Source: a bacterium (GTDB lineage: Bacteria; SM23-31). From it: 64,000 bases of DNA. Below, piece by piece: positions 10,739 to 20,705 of the stretch; position 1 is the stretch's first letter; each line of letters starts with the position of its first letter. The notes beneath the pieces are model-generated. The model was not told where the DNA came from, searched no databases, and saw only the letters and a list, made by a program, of their open reading frames with translations. A program made the position numbers and the translations under genes. The stretch is from positions 448,001-512,000 of the forward strand of contig OZ252239.1 of assembly GCA_965249485.1 (NCBI GenBank), given 5' to 3'.

Positions 10739-12820
10739 ATGATTCAGGTAATGGCAGCGGTTCTGCGTAAAATAATGAGACATAACAAGAGAGCAATTAC
10801 AGCACTTTTACTTTTTCTTCTGATTTTTCCTGCTGACATGAGCCGTGCAAAAGTTCTACGGGTTGAGGTTGACTCGCGTGAAACCGTATTAGACGGAAGA
10901 AAATTTGGTACCTATGGTACCTACGAATTGATTCGCGGGACGGTTTATTTCAGTTTTGATCCGGGGAATCCCATGAACAGGCGCATTTCTGATATCACGC
11001 TTGCGCCACGCAATGCTGATGGTGAGGTCGAGGCATCGGCAAACATTGCTGTGCTGCAGCCTGTCGATCGGAGAAAAGCACGGAAAATCGGATTTGTCGA
11101 GATCGGCAACCGGGGCAATAAACCGATCTATTTTGAAATGAACCGTGCGGAAGGCAGGAATATCGACCCAGGTGATCCTAAAAGCTTCGGTAACAGTCTG
11201 ATGCTCCGTGAAGGACTTACGCTCATCTGGATTGGGTGGCAATTCGATGTACCCGTACGGAATGAGTACACACTCAATCTTACTGTTCCTGTGGCCAAAC
11301 ATGCAGTCGGTTCATCGATATATGGATTGGTCAGAAGTGACTGGACAATTGATGAGCGGCGGACGAGCCTCCAACTAAGCCATAGAAATCATGTTGCGTA
11401 TCCTGTCGCCGATCCTGAACACTCCAGTAATGTATTAACTGAACGGGACTATCGTGACGGTCCACGCAGAATAGTACCTCGCGAGTTGTGGCAATTTGGG
11501 CGGGATGAAGACGGTGTCAGCATTCCAGATCCATCATATATTTATATGAAATCGGAGTTCAAAGAAGGAAAAATATATGAACTGGTCTATCTTGCCAAAG
11601 ATCCGTCACTGGTCGGCCTAGGACCGGCAGTTGTCCGCGATATAATTTCCTATGCAAAATATGACGATGAAAGCCTTTTTCCGGTCAATTTCGGAATTGC
11701 ATCCGGCACATCACAGACCGGGCGGTTTCTCAGAAAATTTCTTTATGACGGATTCAATACTGATGAAGAAGGGAGAATGGCGTATGATGGACTGTTTGCT
11801 CTCGCAGCCGGCGGAGGACGCGGCAGTTTTAACCATCGGTTCGCCCAGCCATCACGCGATGCCCATCCCTCCTCTGCGTTCTTCTACCCGACCGATATAT
11901 TTCCGTTTACCGGCAGGACGCAATTTGACCCGCTCACTATGAAATCGGACGGTTTGCTCGCACATCTCCATAATTCTGATCATGCACCAAAAACTATGTA
12001 TGTGAATGCCGGCTACGAATACTGGGGTCACACAGGATCACTCATTCACACAACCGTCGACGGCAACAGAGATGTGGATGCGATGCCGAATGAACGCATC
12101 TATCTTCAAGCAGCCGGGCAACACGGAACGGGTGGATTTCCCCCAAGTGAGAACAGCCGGGTAACCGACGGACCTGTGTATCGTGATAATCCGCTCGATA
12201 TCGATGTTATCACTCGGTCTCTGCTGGTTAAGCTTGTCAATTGGGTGGAATCTGATGCGGAACCACCTGCAAGTTCGTTTCCGAGGATCGATGAAAATAC
12301 CCTTGTTCCCATAGAAAATGTTGATTTTCCTGAAATTCCCGGCGTTTTGTTTCCGACGACAATTCATGTTGCATACCGGACCGATTATGGCCCACGCTGG
12401 CATGAAGGTGTCGTCGACAATCAACCACCGAACCTGAGCACACCCTATCCGATGCGGGTTTCACAGGTTGATTATATCGGTAATGAGGTCGGCGGTGTTC
12501 GGAGTATCGAACTCCGTGCACCTTTGGCAACCTACACACCGTGGAGTCTCAGGACAGGTTTTATTGGAGGAAGTGAGCAATTATACGATTTTGACGGCAT
12601 GTTTATTCCACTGCCGCGTACCGCTGAAGAAAGAGAACAATGGGGTGATCAGCGTCCGAGTATCGATTCATTATATAATTCCCGTGATGCCTATTTAAAA
12701 CGGGTGCGTGAGGAGGCCCTGGAGCTGATAGAAGAGGGATTTATGCTTCCTGAAGATGAGTCGTATGTACTCGAACGTGCAGGACGTGTATGGGATTGGA
12801 TCATGAACGATTTGAATTGA
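10739..12820 (+). CDS. Secreted alpha/beta-hydrolase-domain protein (Abhydrolase_10-like)
   Basis: Signal peptide; DITLAPRNADG, GWQFD, nucleophile motif GTSQTGRFLR, GGGRGSFNHRFAQP, GNEVGGVR. Confidence 0.75.
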   Translation: MIQVMAAVLRKIMRHNKRAITALLLFLLIFPADMSRAKVLRVEVDSRETVLDGRKFGTYGTYELIRGTVYFSFDPGNPMNRRISDITLAPRNADGEVEASANIAVLQPVDRRKARKIGFVEIGNRGNKPIYFEMNRAEGRNIDPGDPKSFGNSLMLREGLTLIWIGWQFDVPVRNEYTLNLTVPVAKHAVGSSIYGLVRSDWTIDERRTSLQLSHRNHVAYPVADPEHSSNVLTERDYRDGPRRIVPRELWQFGRDEDGVSIPDPSYIYMKSEFKEGKIYELVYLAKDPSLVGLGPAVVRDIISYAKYDDESLFPVNFGIASGTSQTGRFLRKFLYDGFNTDEEGRMAYDGLFALAAGGGRGSFNHRFAQPSRDAHPSSAFFYPTDIFPFTGRTQFDPLTMKSDGLLAHLHNSDHAPKTMYVNAGYEYWGHTGSLIHTTVDGNRDVDAMPNERIYLQAAGQHGTGGFPPSENSRVTDGPVYRDNPLDIDVITRSLLVKLVNWVESDAEPPASSFPRIDENTLVPIENVDFPEIPGVLFPTTIHVAYRTDYGPRWHEGVVDNQPPNLSTPYPMRVSQVDYIGNEVGGVRSIELRAPLATYTPWSLRTGFIGGSEQLYDFDGMFIPLPRTAEEREQWGDQRPSIDSLYNSRDAYLKRVREEALELIEEGFMLPEDESYVLERAGRVWDWIMNDLN

Positions 12821-12897
12821 CGCAGATTATCATAAGCCCATGTGTTCAGGAAGAAATAGGACTCAAAAATAAATATTTGTGTTGTGATGAGTTGTAG

Positions 12898-13741
12898 TTA
12901 TTCGTAATCGACGTCGCCGGGGATTGTTTCATTCAGGAGTTCTTTGATAAACTCACTGTTCTTTTTATCTTTGCTATGCTCATAAGCGTTCACGAGATTG
13001 AAGAGAACACGTCTGATGATTGCGACTGCGTCGGTCTTTGATTGAAGTATGTTTTGGAGATCTTTTGCTGATAGCAAAGCGGTCGGTTTGAGGTCTTTTT
13101 CTTCAAATATGTGCCCACCATTGAAACAATCGAGGAAACAGGTCATATCGTAATACTGTACACTGGCAAGAAAATGTCCCGGCAGGTTGCATCCTTCGAC
13201 GTTCATCCCGAGGCGGTATGCAACAAGTATGTAAACACACACGAGACTGATCGGGATGCCTTTCCCCGACTGAATTACATGGTTAAGGTCGCTGTTCCGC
13301 GGATTGTAGTAGTCCTCTTCCGATCCGGTGAGTTTTTTAACCGTAAAAAGAAAATGTGCCACTTCGAGAACGTCCTTATAGCCGAATCGGGCAGAATATT
13401 CGTCGGCAAGCTTGTCTAACAGTATAGAGAGCTTGACCGGGTATGACATACCGTTCTGCAATTCCGAAATGAGACTGAAAGCTATTTCCAGTTTGTCGGC
13501 ATCGTCTTCATACAACATCCATTCTGTCCAACACTCTTTTGAGATGGTCTCGCCGGTGATCGTCAAGGATTCCGGTCACATATTTTTTAATCGGTACAGT
13601 GGGCGGTTCGGACATACGGTCGAGTTCTTTCTTGAGTGACGGACCGAATGAATCGAGCTCACGGATGACCGCATCCTGCACGACAGGAGAATCGTCATCG
13701 ATGAGTTGAATAAGATATGGTAATTGTTTCGGGTCTGCCAT
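12898..13741 (-). pseudogene. SirB1/transglutaminase-like (Transglut_core2) protein, split by one extra base in the T4 run at 13537-13540
   Basis: N-part LIQLIDDDSP. C-part DYYNPRNSDLNHVI..GKGIPISL, NLPGHFL, DCFNGG. Removing one A gives DHLK-ECWTEW. Confidence 0.8.
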
Positions 13742-13852
13742 AATAATTCCAGAAATAAATCGTTGTGTTACTGTGTCACAAAATACAACTTTATCGAATA
13801 AGAAACAACGAAAATCGGGAAAATATCGAGCTGCTGCATATATTATATGAAA

Positions 13853-14938
13853 TCAGCGGACTATTGATGCGAATTTGAGCTCACTACTCTCTGACTTTAT
13901 CACCGAAAATGATATTCGTCCGATGATGATGCCGTTTTCGGTCGCAACATCAACACGCCAGTCGCCTGGTTCGATGCGCTCTTTAAAGGTATAGAGCCGG
14001 TACCCATCATCCCGCCCTCCGGAAATGTCGAGCGGAATTGTATCAGATACAAGCCACTGTCCTTCCACTCCATCAAAACGCTGCCAACGGTGGTAGATCG
14101 ACACCGCAAGGTCTGTCGGTGCAAACACCGAAGAAAAACAGTACACCCGGTCGCCTTCACGATAAATAAAAGGATTGTCAGTCGTTTTGAACGGTCGATA
14201 CCAGGGTGGACCTTGAAAAGTCAATGAATATGATGTTCCTGTGTCGCCTGTTGTTTTTTCGATATTATGATATATTCCACTGAATCTGAGTGCGAGCGGC
14301 ACCGGGGGAATCCAGTTTGCCGAGTAAAAAAAGATAAGCAGTGCAGTCAGCATGATAGGAATTCCGGCTGTTTTTCGGAATGTTAATTCATCTGTAAAGA
14401 CGGACTGCCGTTTCAGAAGAAATATAATCCCTTCGGCAGTTGTAAGACTGATAAGACTTCCGGTAAGGAATGTAACGAGTCCGATATGACCGAATAACAC
14501 AGGGACGAAAAAAATGAAGAAAGAAAAATTGACAAGAAAGAAGAGTGATATCTGCAAGTAGAGGTTTGTGTATTTTTTTCCGAGAAATTCATTTATGACG
14601 AAGAGCAGCAGCAACAGTGCAAAGAACACAGCCGTTTTGGTGAACGACGCACTCTGGAAATAGAAGACAACATACGCGCTGAACAGTCCGCCCAGCAAAA
14701 ACTGGATCGCGAACGGGTACCATTGTTTGTACTTCATAAGGATCGGGTGAAGGTTCACTTTCGGGGAACGTTCGATGATATTTACAATAACAATTAGGAC
14801 TCCGAGTATAAGAAGATAAAATAGGAGGATAACATTATCAGTCAGCCGGTCAATGCGGGTAAGTGTTAGACTGTCCCACGCAAATCCGGAAAAGAAAGCG
14901 ATGGCGGGAAGAAATTTTTTAAACCGTAAAAAATCCAT
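13853..14938 (-). CDS. DUF2914-domain membrane protein
   Basis: N-terminal TM helices (GFAWDSLTLTRID); C-terminal VYCFSSVFAP, ISGGRDDGYR, GDWRVDV. Confidence 0.75.
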   Translation of the reverse strand: MDFLRFKKFLPAIAFFSGFAWDSLTLTRIDRLTDNVILLFYLLILGVLIVIVNIIERSPKVNLHPILMKYKQWYPFAIQFLLGGLFSAYVVFYFQSASFTKTAVFFALLLLLFVINEFLGKKYTNLYLQISLFFLVNFSFFIFFVPVLFGHIGLVTFLTGSLISLTTAEGIIFLLKRQSVFTDELTFRKTAGIPIMLTALLIFFYSANWIPPVPLALRFSGIYHNIEKTTGDTGTSYSLTFQGPPWYRPFKTTDNPFIYREGDRVYCFSSVFAPTDLAVSIYHRWQRFDGVEGQWLVSDTIPLDISGGRDDGYRLYTFKERIEPGDWRVDVATENGIIIGRISFSVIKSESSELKFASIVR

Positions 14939-14962
14939 GAATAATTATTCATTTACGAATCA

Positions 14963-15007
14963 GAGATTGTCACGTCGACCCCAAACTTCGGGACTCCTCA
15001 CAATGAT
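14963..15007. repeat. Degenerate REP/RPE-like palindromic element half
   Basis: GAGATTGTCACGTCG-accccaaacttcggga-CTCCTCACAATGA resembles the widespread GAGATTGCCACGTCG...CTCCTCGCAATGAC intergenic repeat. Single copy in this window. Confidence 0.45.
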
Positions 15008-15123
15008 ATATTGATAATGTTACCGATACGTTTCAATATTAGCTGTTGATTACAAAAAATCAGGATCGGATATTAAGAAAAGAGATTAATTACAGCAACC
15101 TCTGTAGTTAGTAATTCAATATT

Positions 15124-16428
15124 TTATTCTACACCACTTCTTACAAGATAATCCCACAACAAATTCGTCATTGTTCGCATCCCAACGGCAATTGATGCGT
15201 CGTCTGCGCGGAAAGTCGGGGTGTGGTGGCCGCCGGTTGTTGTCCCGGGTTTGACCATACCGAGCCGGAAGAAGAAACCGGGGACTTCGTTCGCAAAAAA
15301 GGAAAAATCCTCGTAGACCATGCTCCGTGGAACAATAATGGCATTTTCATCGCCAACGGTCCTCTGAACGGTCGACCACATTTTCTCAAAGAGTTCGGGA
15401 TCGTTGTAGACCGACGGGACAATTCGGTGGTAATTTAGTTTGTACGATCCGCCATAGGTTTTTGTGATCCCGTCGAGGATGTCACGCATCCGCTGTTCGA
15501 TCTCGTCCCGCACTGCCGGTTCGAAAGTCCGCACTGTTCCTTCGAGGTAGACTTCCGACGGGATGATGTTATACCGTTCACCGCTCTTGAAGATACCGAC
15601 AGTCACAACACTCGGTTCGAGCGGATCAATATTACGAGAACGGATTGTTTGAAGCGCCATAACTGCCTGCGATGCCATGACAATCGGATCGATAGACTCG
15701 TGTGGTGAGGCGCCATGCGCCTGTCTGCCTCTGATAGTGATATCGAACCTATCTGCAGAGGCGAGTGACGGCCCAACTGTAAAACCGATTATCCCCACGT
15801 CGAGCTCCGAAAGCGTATGCAAACCGAATACTGCTGATGGCCGAGGATCGCCGAATGCACCCTGCTCAAGCATCATCTTTGCACCGCCGCCTTCCTCAAG
15901 CGGAGGGCCTTCTTCTGCGGGCTGAAATATAAAGAGTACGGTTCCGGGAAGATCATCACGAAGTCCGGCAAGCACCGAAGCAACACCGAGCTGTACCGAG
16001 GTATGAATGTCGTGACCGCAGGCATGGCTGACTCCGACATTCTGATCGAGATAGGTTGTCCTGACAGTCGAATTAAAAGAAAAATCAGTATCCTCGATGA
16101 CCGGAAGCGCATCCATATCGGCTCTGACTGCAACGACCGGACCAGGTTTTCCACCCTTGAGCACACCAATGACACCGGTGTAGGCAACCTCTATTCTGAC
16201 ATCAATACCGAGTCCAGTGAGGTGGTCCGCAACGAGCTTTGCCGTTTCAAATTCCCGGTTGCTGAGTTCAGGATTTTGATGGAGATGGTGCCGGATAGCA
16301 GTGATTTCGTCGATATACCGTTCAACAGCAGCGTCAATCTGCGAATTTTGTGCAGGTGCAATTGCCGGCAAAAATATCACAATTAATGTCACCGATAAAA
16401 GCAAAAACTTCAATGTACGACTGTTCAT
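15124..16428 (-). CDS. M20D family amidohydrolase with signal peptide (paralog 2)
   Basis: HQNPELSNRE, RADMDALP, HACGHD, FQPAEE, EDF, HHTP. Confidence 0.9.
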   Translation of the reverse strand: MNSRTLKFLLLSVTLIVIFLPAIAPAQNSQIDAAVERYIDEITAIRHHLHQNPELSNREFETAKLVADHLTGLGIDVRIEVAYTGVIGVLKGGKPGPVVAVRADMDALPVIEDTDFSFNSTVRTTYLDQNVGVSHACGHDIHTSVQLGVASVLAGLRDDLPGTVLFIFQPAEEGPPLEEGGGAKMMLEQGAFGDPRPSAVFGLHTLSELDVGIIGFTVGPSLASADRFDITIRGRQAHGASPHESIDPIVMASQAVMALQTIRSRNIDPLEPSVVTVGIFKSGERYNIIPSEVYLEGTVRTFEPAVRDEIEQRMRDILDGITKTYGGSYKLNYHRIVPSVYNDPELFEKMWSTVQRTVGDENAIIVPRSMVYEDFSFFANEVPGFFFRLGMVKPGTTTGGHHTPTFRADDASIAVGMRTMTNLLWDYLVRSGVE

Positions 16429-16461
16429 GGATCCTCTCCGAATCTATAACGTATTTATATA

Positions 16462-17754
16462 TCAGTCAAGTCCACCCGAAGCCAGATAATCCATAAGTAT
16501 ATTCGACATTACTTTCATGCCGACCTCCACGCAGGAATCGTCCGCCTGAAAAGTTGGTGTGTGGTGTCCGCCGGAAGTCGTGCCCGGCTTGACCATTCCG
16601 AGCCGATAGAAGAATCCGGGTACCTCATTCGCAAAATAGGCAAAATCCTCTCCACCCATTGTAGGATCGACTTCGTAAACATTTTCGCTGCTGACAACAC
16701 GCCTGATAGTCGGGAGCATTTTCTCGGCAAGCTCAGCATTATTAATCGTAGCGGGAGTGTTTTTGAAGTACTCCATTTCATACGTCCCGCCATTTGCCTC
16801 CGTTATACCGGTCAGAATCTCATTCATCCGCCGAATGATTTCATTCTGTACATTAACGTTGTAGGTGCGAACCGTTCCTTCGAGGTAGACTTCTGCCGGA
16901 ATAATGTTATACCGCCCGCCACCGCGAATGATACCAACCGTAATGACACTCGGTTCGAGCGGAGACAAGTTCCGTGAACGGATCGTTTGAAATGCTGAGA
17001 CTGCCTGCGCTGCCATCACAACCGGATCGACTGATAAGTGCGGTGCAGCACCGTGTGCCTGCTTGCCTTGAATCGTGATTGTAAAGCGGTCGGTCGCGGC
17101 AAGGGCGGGACCGATCGTATAACCAATGGTGCCCGATTCCATTTCGGAAAATGTGTGGAGACCGAAAATCGCGGTCGGTCGGAGAATTTCGAAAATTCCT
17201 TCTTTCAGCATAAGGTCGGCGCCACCTTCTTCACCCGGCGGCGGGCCTTCCTCGGTAGGCTGGAATATAAACATGATCGTACCAGGAATGTCTTCACGCA
17301 TAGACGCCAGAACCGATGCCACACCAAGCTGTACGGATGTGTGGATATCGTGCCCGCAGGCGTGCATGACACCAACTTCCTGACCGAGATAGGACGTTTT
17401 AACCGTCGATTTAAACGGAAGCGGTGTATCCTCGGTTACCGGGAGCGCATCCATATCAGCACGGACTGCTACAACCGGACCTAGTTTTCCGCCCCGCAGA
17501 ATGCCGAGAACACCGGTAAAAGCAATTCCGGTCGTAACCTCCATACCGAGCTCACGAAGATGATCCGCAACAAGCTGGGATGTCTTGAACTCGCGATTCC
17601 CGAGTTCCGGATTCTGGTGAATGATATGTCGCTCCTCTATAATTGCCGGCAGCAATGTCTCTACCGCAAGATTGATTTTGTTTTGCTGCGCAAAGAGATT
17701 ATTGAGTGGAACTAAAAAGGAAACAATGATGAACAACCGGATATATTTCTGCAT
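16462..17754 (-). CDS. M20D family amidohydrolase with signal peptide (paralog 1)
   Basis: HQNPELGNRE, RADMDALP, HACGHD, FQPTEE, GGEDF, HHTP. Confidence 0.9.
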   Translation of the reverse strand: MQKYIRLFIIVSFLVPLNNLFAQQNKINLAVETLLPAIIEERHIIHQNPELGNREFKTSQLVADHLRELGMEVTTGIAFTGVLGILRGGKLGPVVAVRADMDALPVTEDTPLPFKSTVKTSYLGQEVGVMHACGHDIHTSVQLGVASVLASMREDIPGTIMFIFQPTEEGPPPGEEGGADLMLKEGIFEILRPTAIFGLHTFSEMESGTIGYTIGPALAATDRFTITIQGKQAHGAAPHLSVDPVVMAAQAVSAFQTIRSRNLSPLEPSVITVGIIRGGGRYNIIPAEVYLEGTVRTYNVNVQNEIIRRMNEILTGITEANGGTYEMEYFKNTPATINNAELAEKMLPTIRRVVSSENVYEVDPTMGGEDFAYFANEVPGFFYRLGMVKPGTTSGGHHTPTFQADDSCVEVGMKVMSNILMDYLASGGLD

Positions 17755-17934
17755 GTGTACATCCTCCGGGAATTGTTGTGGGTTTATTTTTGATTTAAAA
17801 ATGTTAAAGAATAAAAATCAATTCATTACAATTTCTCCGGTCTCAATAGACATATAAAGAGATCAGCTGATGGAGTATGGGTATATATGAAATGTTTGAG
17901 TTTGCTATACTTTTTTCTCATATCATTCCACGAA

Positions 17935-19167
17935 CTACACGGCTCTAATCGCTTCAATACGTTTGAGTACCGGGGGGTGTGAGTAGTTTAGAAACACATA
18001 GAACGAATGTGGAGTCAGATTCGACAGGTTATGCACCGAGAGCTTTTTGAGTGCCGCGACCATGTCGTCTCCTTTGTTCGTTGTCTCAACTGCATACTGG
18101 TCTGCTTCATATTCGTTTTTCCGGGAAAAAACATTCATAAATATTGAGAGCACAAGCTCAATCGGCGCGAAAAGCATTCCGAAAAAGACAAGCCCGCTAT
18201 ATATTGATGGTTGTTCTATGAAAAACGCAGCAAACAGACCATCATGCGTCAAAAATATCGAAAGCAGGTAAAACATAACACCCATATGAGTAATGGAAAT
18301 GATCATGCTTTGGATAATGTGTTTCTTTTTGTAGTGACCGATTTCATGCGCAAGAACGGCTACCAGCTCGCCTACTGTGTGTTTTTCGATCAGTGTGTCG
18401 AAAAGAGCAATCCGCTTGTTCTTACCGAATCCGGTAAAAAATGCATTCGATTTTGTCGAGCGGCGCGATCCGTCCATGACAAAGAGGCCCTTCAGCGAAA
18501 AATTCACCGATTTCGCATATCCAAGCACGGCATCTTTCAGTTCACCTGATTCTATCGGTGTAAATTTGTTAAAGAGCGGCATGATCCAGGTTGGTGCTAC
18601 ATAGTGAATTACGAGCGTAAACAGCGTCGTTGCAATCCAACAGTAGAGCCAGGCACGTGAGCCCGTAAATTCAAAAAAAACAAGAACACCTGCCAGAAGC
18701 AACCCTCCGATTACTGCTGTTAAGAGTATACCTTTCAGTAAGTCTTTAATGAATGTTGCCGGGGTGGTTTTGTTGAATCCAAATTTTTCTTCGATCACAA
18801 ACGTTTTGTAGATACTGAACGGCAGTGAGATAATTGTTTTTGAGAAGATAAGAATTCCTACAAATAATAGCCCTGTCAAGACTGGGGCGTAGTCCCACGA
18901 TCTGACGATGGTATCGAACCAGTTGAATCCTCGGGCAAACCAGAATCCGAGCGTAAGTACAAGTCCGAACGATGCAGTAAGAAATCCGAACTTCGTATTA
19001 ACTCGTGTGTAGTTCTGCGATTTTTTATACGTTTCGGCATCGTACACTCCCTCAAATTCACTCGGAAGTGTCTCACTCAGTGCGTTCAGATTCAGGATTT
19101 CCGTAACAATTTTCAGCACAATATCTATCAACAGTGCGGCAAGAATTATTACCATATATATGTTCAT
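17935..19167 (-). CDS. M48A (Ste24-like) membrane zinc metallopeptidase
   Basis: MDGSRRSTKSNAFFTG, HEIGH zinc motif, SRKNEYEAD, YSHPP. Confidence 0.92.
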   Translation of the reverse strand: MNIYMVIILAALLIDIVLKIVTEILNLNALSETLPSEFEGVYDAETYKKSQNYTRVNTKFGFLTASFGLVLTLGFWFARGFNWFDTIVRSWDYAPVLTGLLFVGILIFSKTIISLPFSIYKTFVIEEKFGFNKTTPATFIKDLLKGILLTAVIGGLLLAGVLVFFEFTGSRAWLYCWIATTLFTLVIHYVAPTWIMPLFNKFTPIESGELKDAVLGYAKSVNFSLKGLFVMDGSRRSTKSNAFFTGFGKNKRIALFDTLIEKHTVGELVAVLAHEIGHYKKKHIIQSMIISITHMGVMFYLLSIFLTHDGLFAAFFIEQPSIYSGLVFFGMLFAPIELVLSIFMNVFSRKNEYEADQYAVETTNKGDDMVAALKKLSVHNLSNLTPHSFYVFLNYSHPPVLKRIEAIRAV

Positions 19168-19484
19168 AAATGATCCTCAGAGTAAAACATTGCGAATTCA
19201 CATGGATGTTATCAAATAAGTTGAGCAGAAATTAATTTATTATTCAGACAATGTCAATTATGTTATGTGAAAATTTGACAAATAGACAATTTTTATTGAA
19301 TGTTGTATAAAATATAGTTGTATTCTTTTACGAACACGAAGTATTACAGCTGAAAAATGTGAATTAACATGCCTGCATTAGAACCATTTTTTTAGCTTGC
19401 TATCAAATAATCCAAGGAGTATATTGAATCCCGATCTGATACTCCAAACTCATTCTATCGGAAACATTCTATCCCTACACCACA

Positions 19485-19685
19485 ATGAAGCAGAAACTTA
19501 CAGCTTATTTTAAACTGACTAAACCGACGATCATGACACTTGTGTTGTTCACGGGAACAACTGCGCTCTTGTTGGAAAAATCGGCGCTCGGTAATCCGGC
19601 ACAATTTGCGTTGATTCTTCTCGGACTTTACCTGACGGGCGGTGGAGCAAACGCATTAAACCAGTTATGTTATGTGAAAATTTGA
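19485..19685 (+). pseudogene. Truncated 5' copy of heme O synthase gene (repeat unit 1)
   Basis: Identical to the first 60 aa of 20706-21569, then LCYVKI* from the junction. Confidence 0.85.
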
Positions 19686-19891
19686 CAAATAGACAATTTT
19701 TATTGAATGTTGTATAAAATATAGTTGTATTCTTTTACGAACACGAAGTATTACAGCTGAAAAATGTGAATTAACATGCCTGCATTAGAACCATTTTTTT
19801 AGCTTGCTATCAAATAATCCAAGGAGTATATTGAATCCCGATCTGATACTCCAAACTCATTCTATCGGAAACATTCTATCCCTACACCACA

Positions 19892-20092
19892 ATGAAGCAG
19901 AAACTTACAGCTTATTTTAAACTGACTAAACCGACGATCATGACACTTGTGTTGTTCACGGGAACAACTGCGCTCTTGTTGGAAAAATCGGCGCTCGGTA
20001 ATCCGGCACAATTTGCGTTGATTCTTCTCGGACTTTACCTGACGGGCGGTGGAGCAAACGCATTAAACCAGTTATGTTATGTGAAAATTTGA
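19892..20092 (+). pseudogene. Truncated 5' copy of heme O synthase gene (repeat unit 2)
   Basis: Same as unit 1. Confidence 0.85.
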
Positions 20093-20298
20093 CAAATAGA
20101 CAATTTTTATTGAATGTTGTATAAAATATAGTTGTATTCTTTTACGAACACGAAGTATTACAGCTGAAAAATGTGAATTAACATGCCTGCATTAGAACCA
20201 TTTTTTTAGCTTGCTATCAAATAATCCAAGGAGTATATTGAATCCCGATCTGATACTCCAAACTCATTCTATCGGAAACATTCTATCCCTACACCACA

Positions 20299-20499
20299 AT
20301 GAAGCAGAAACTTACAGCTTATTTTAAACTGACTAAACCGACGATCATGACACTTGTGTTGTTCACGGGAACAACTGCGCTCTTGTTGGAAAAATCGGCG
20401 CTCGGTAATCCGGCACAATTTGCGTTGATTCTTCTCGGACTTTACCTGACGGGCGGTGGAGCAAACGCATTAAACCAGTTATGTTATGTGAAAATTTGA
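20299..20499 (+). pseudogene. Truncated 5' copy of heme O synthase gene (repeat unit 3)
   Basis: Same as unit 1. Confidence 0.85.
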
Positions 20500-20617
20500 C
20501 AAATAGACAATTTTTATTGAATGTTGTATAAAATATAGTTGTATTCTTTTACGAACACGAAGTATTACAGCTGAAAAATGTGAATTAACATGCCTGCATT
20601 AGAACCATTTTTTTAGC

Positions 20618-20646
20618 TTGCTATCAAATAATCCAAGGAGTATATT
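20618..20646 (+). promoter_or_regulatory. Putative sigma-70 promoter for ctaB (also present in the three upstream repeat units, first at 19397-19425)
   Basis: TTGCTA-N17-TATATT, 60 nt before the ATG. Confidence 0.5.
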
Positions 20647-20705
20647 GAATCCCGATCTGATACTCCAAACTCATTCTATCGGAAACATTCTATCCCTACA
20701 CCACA

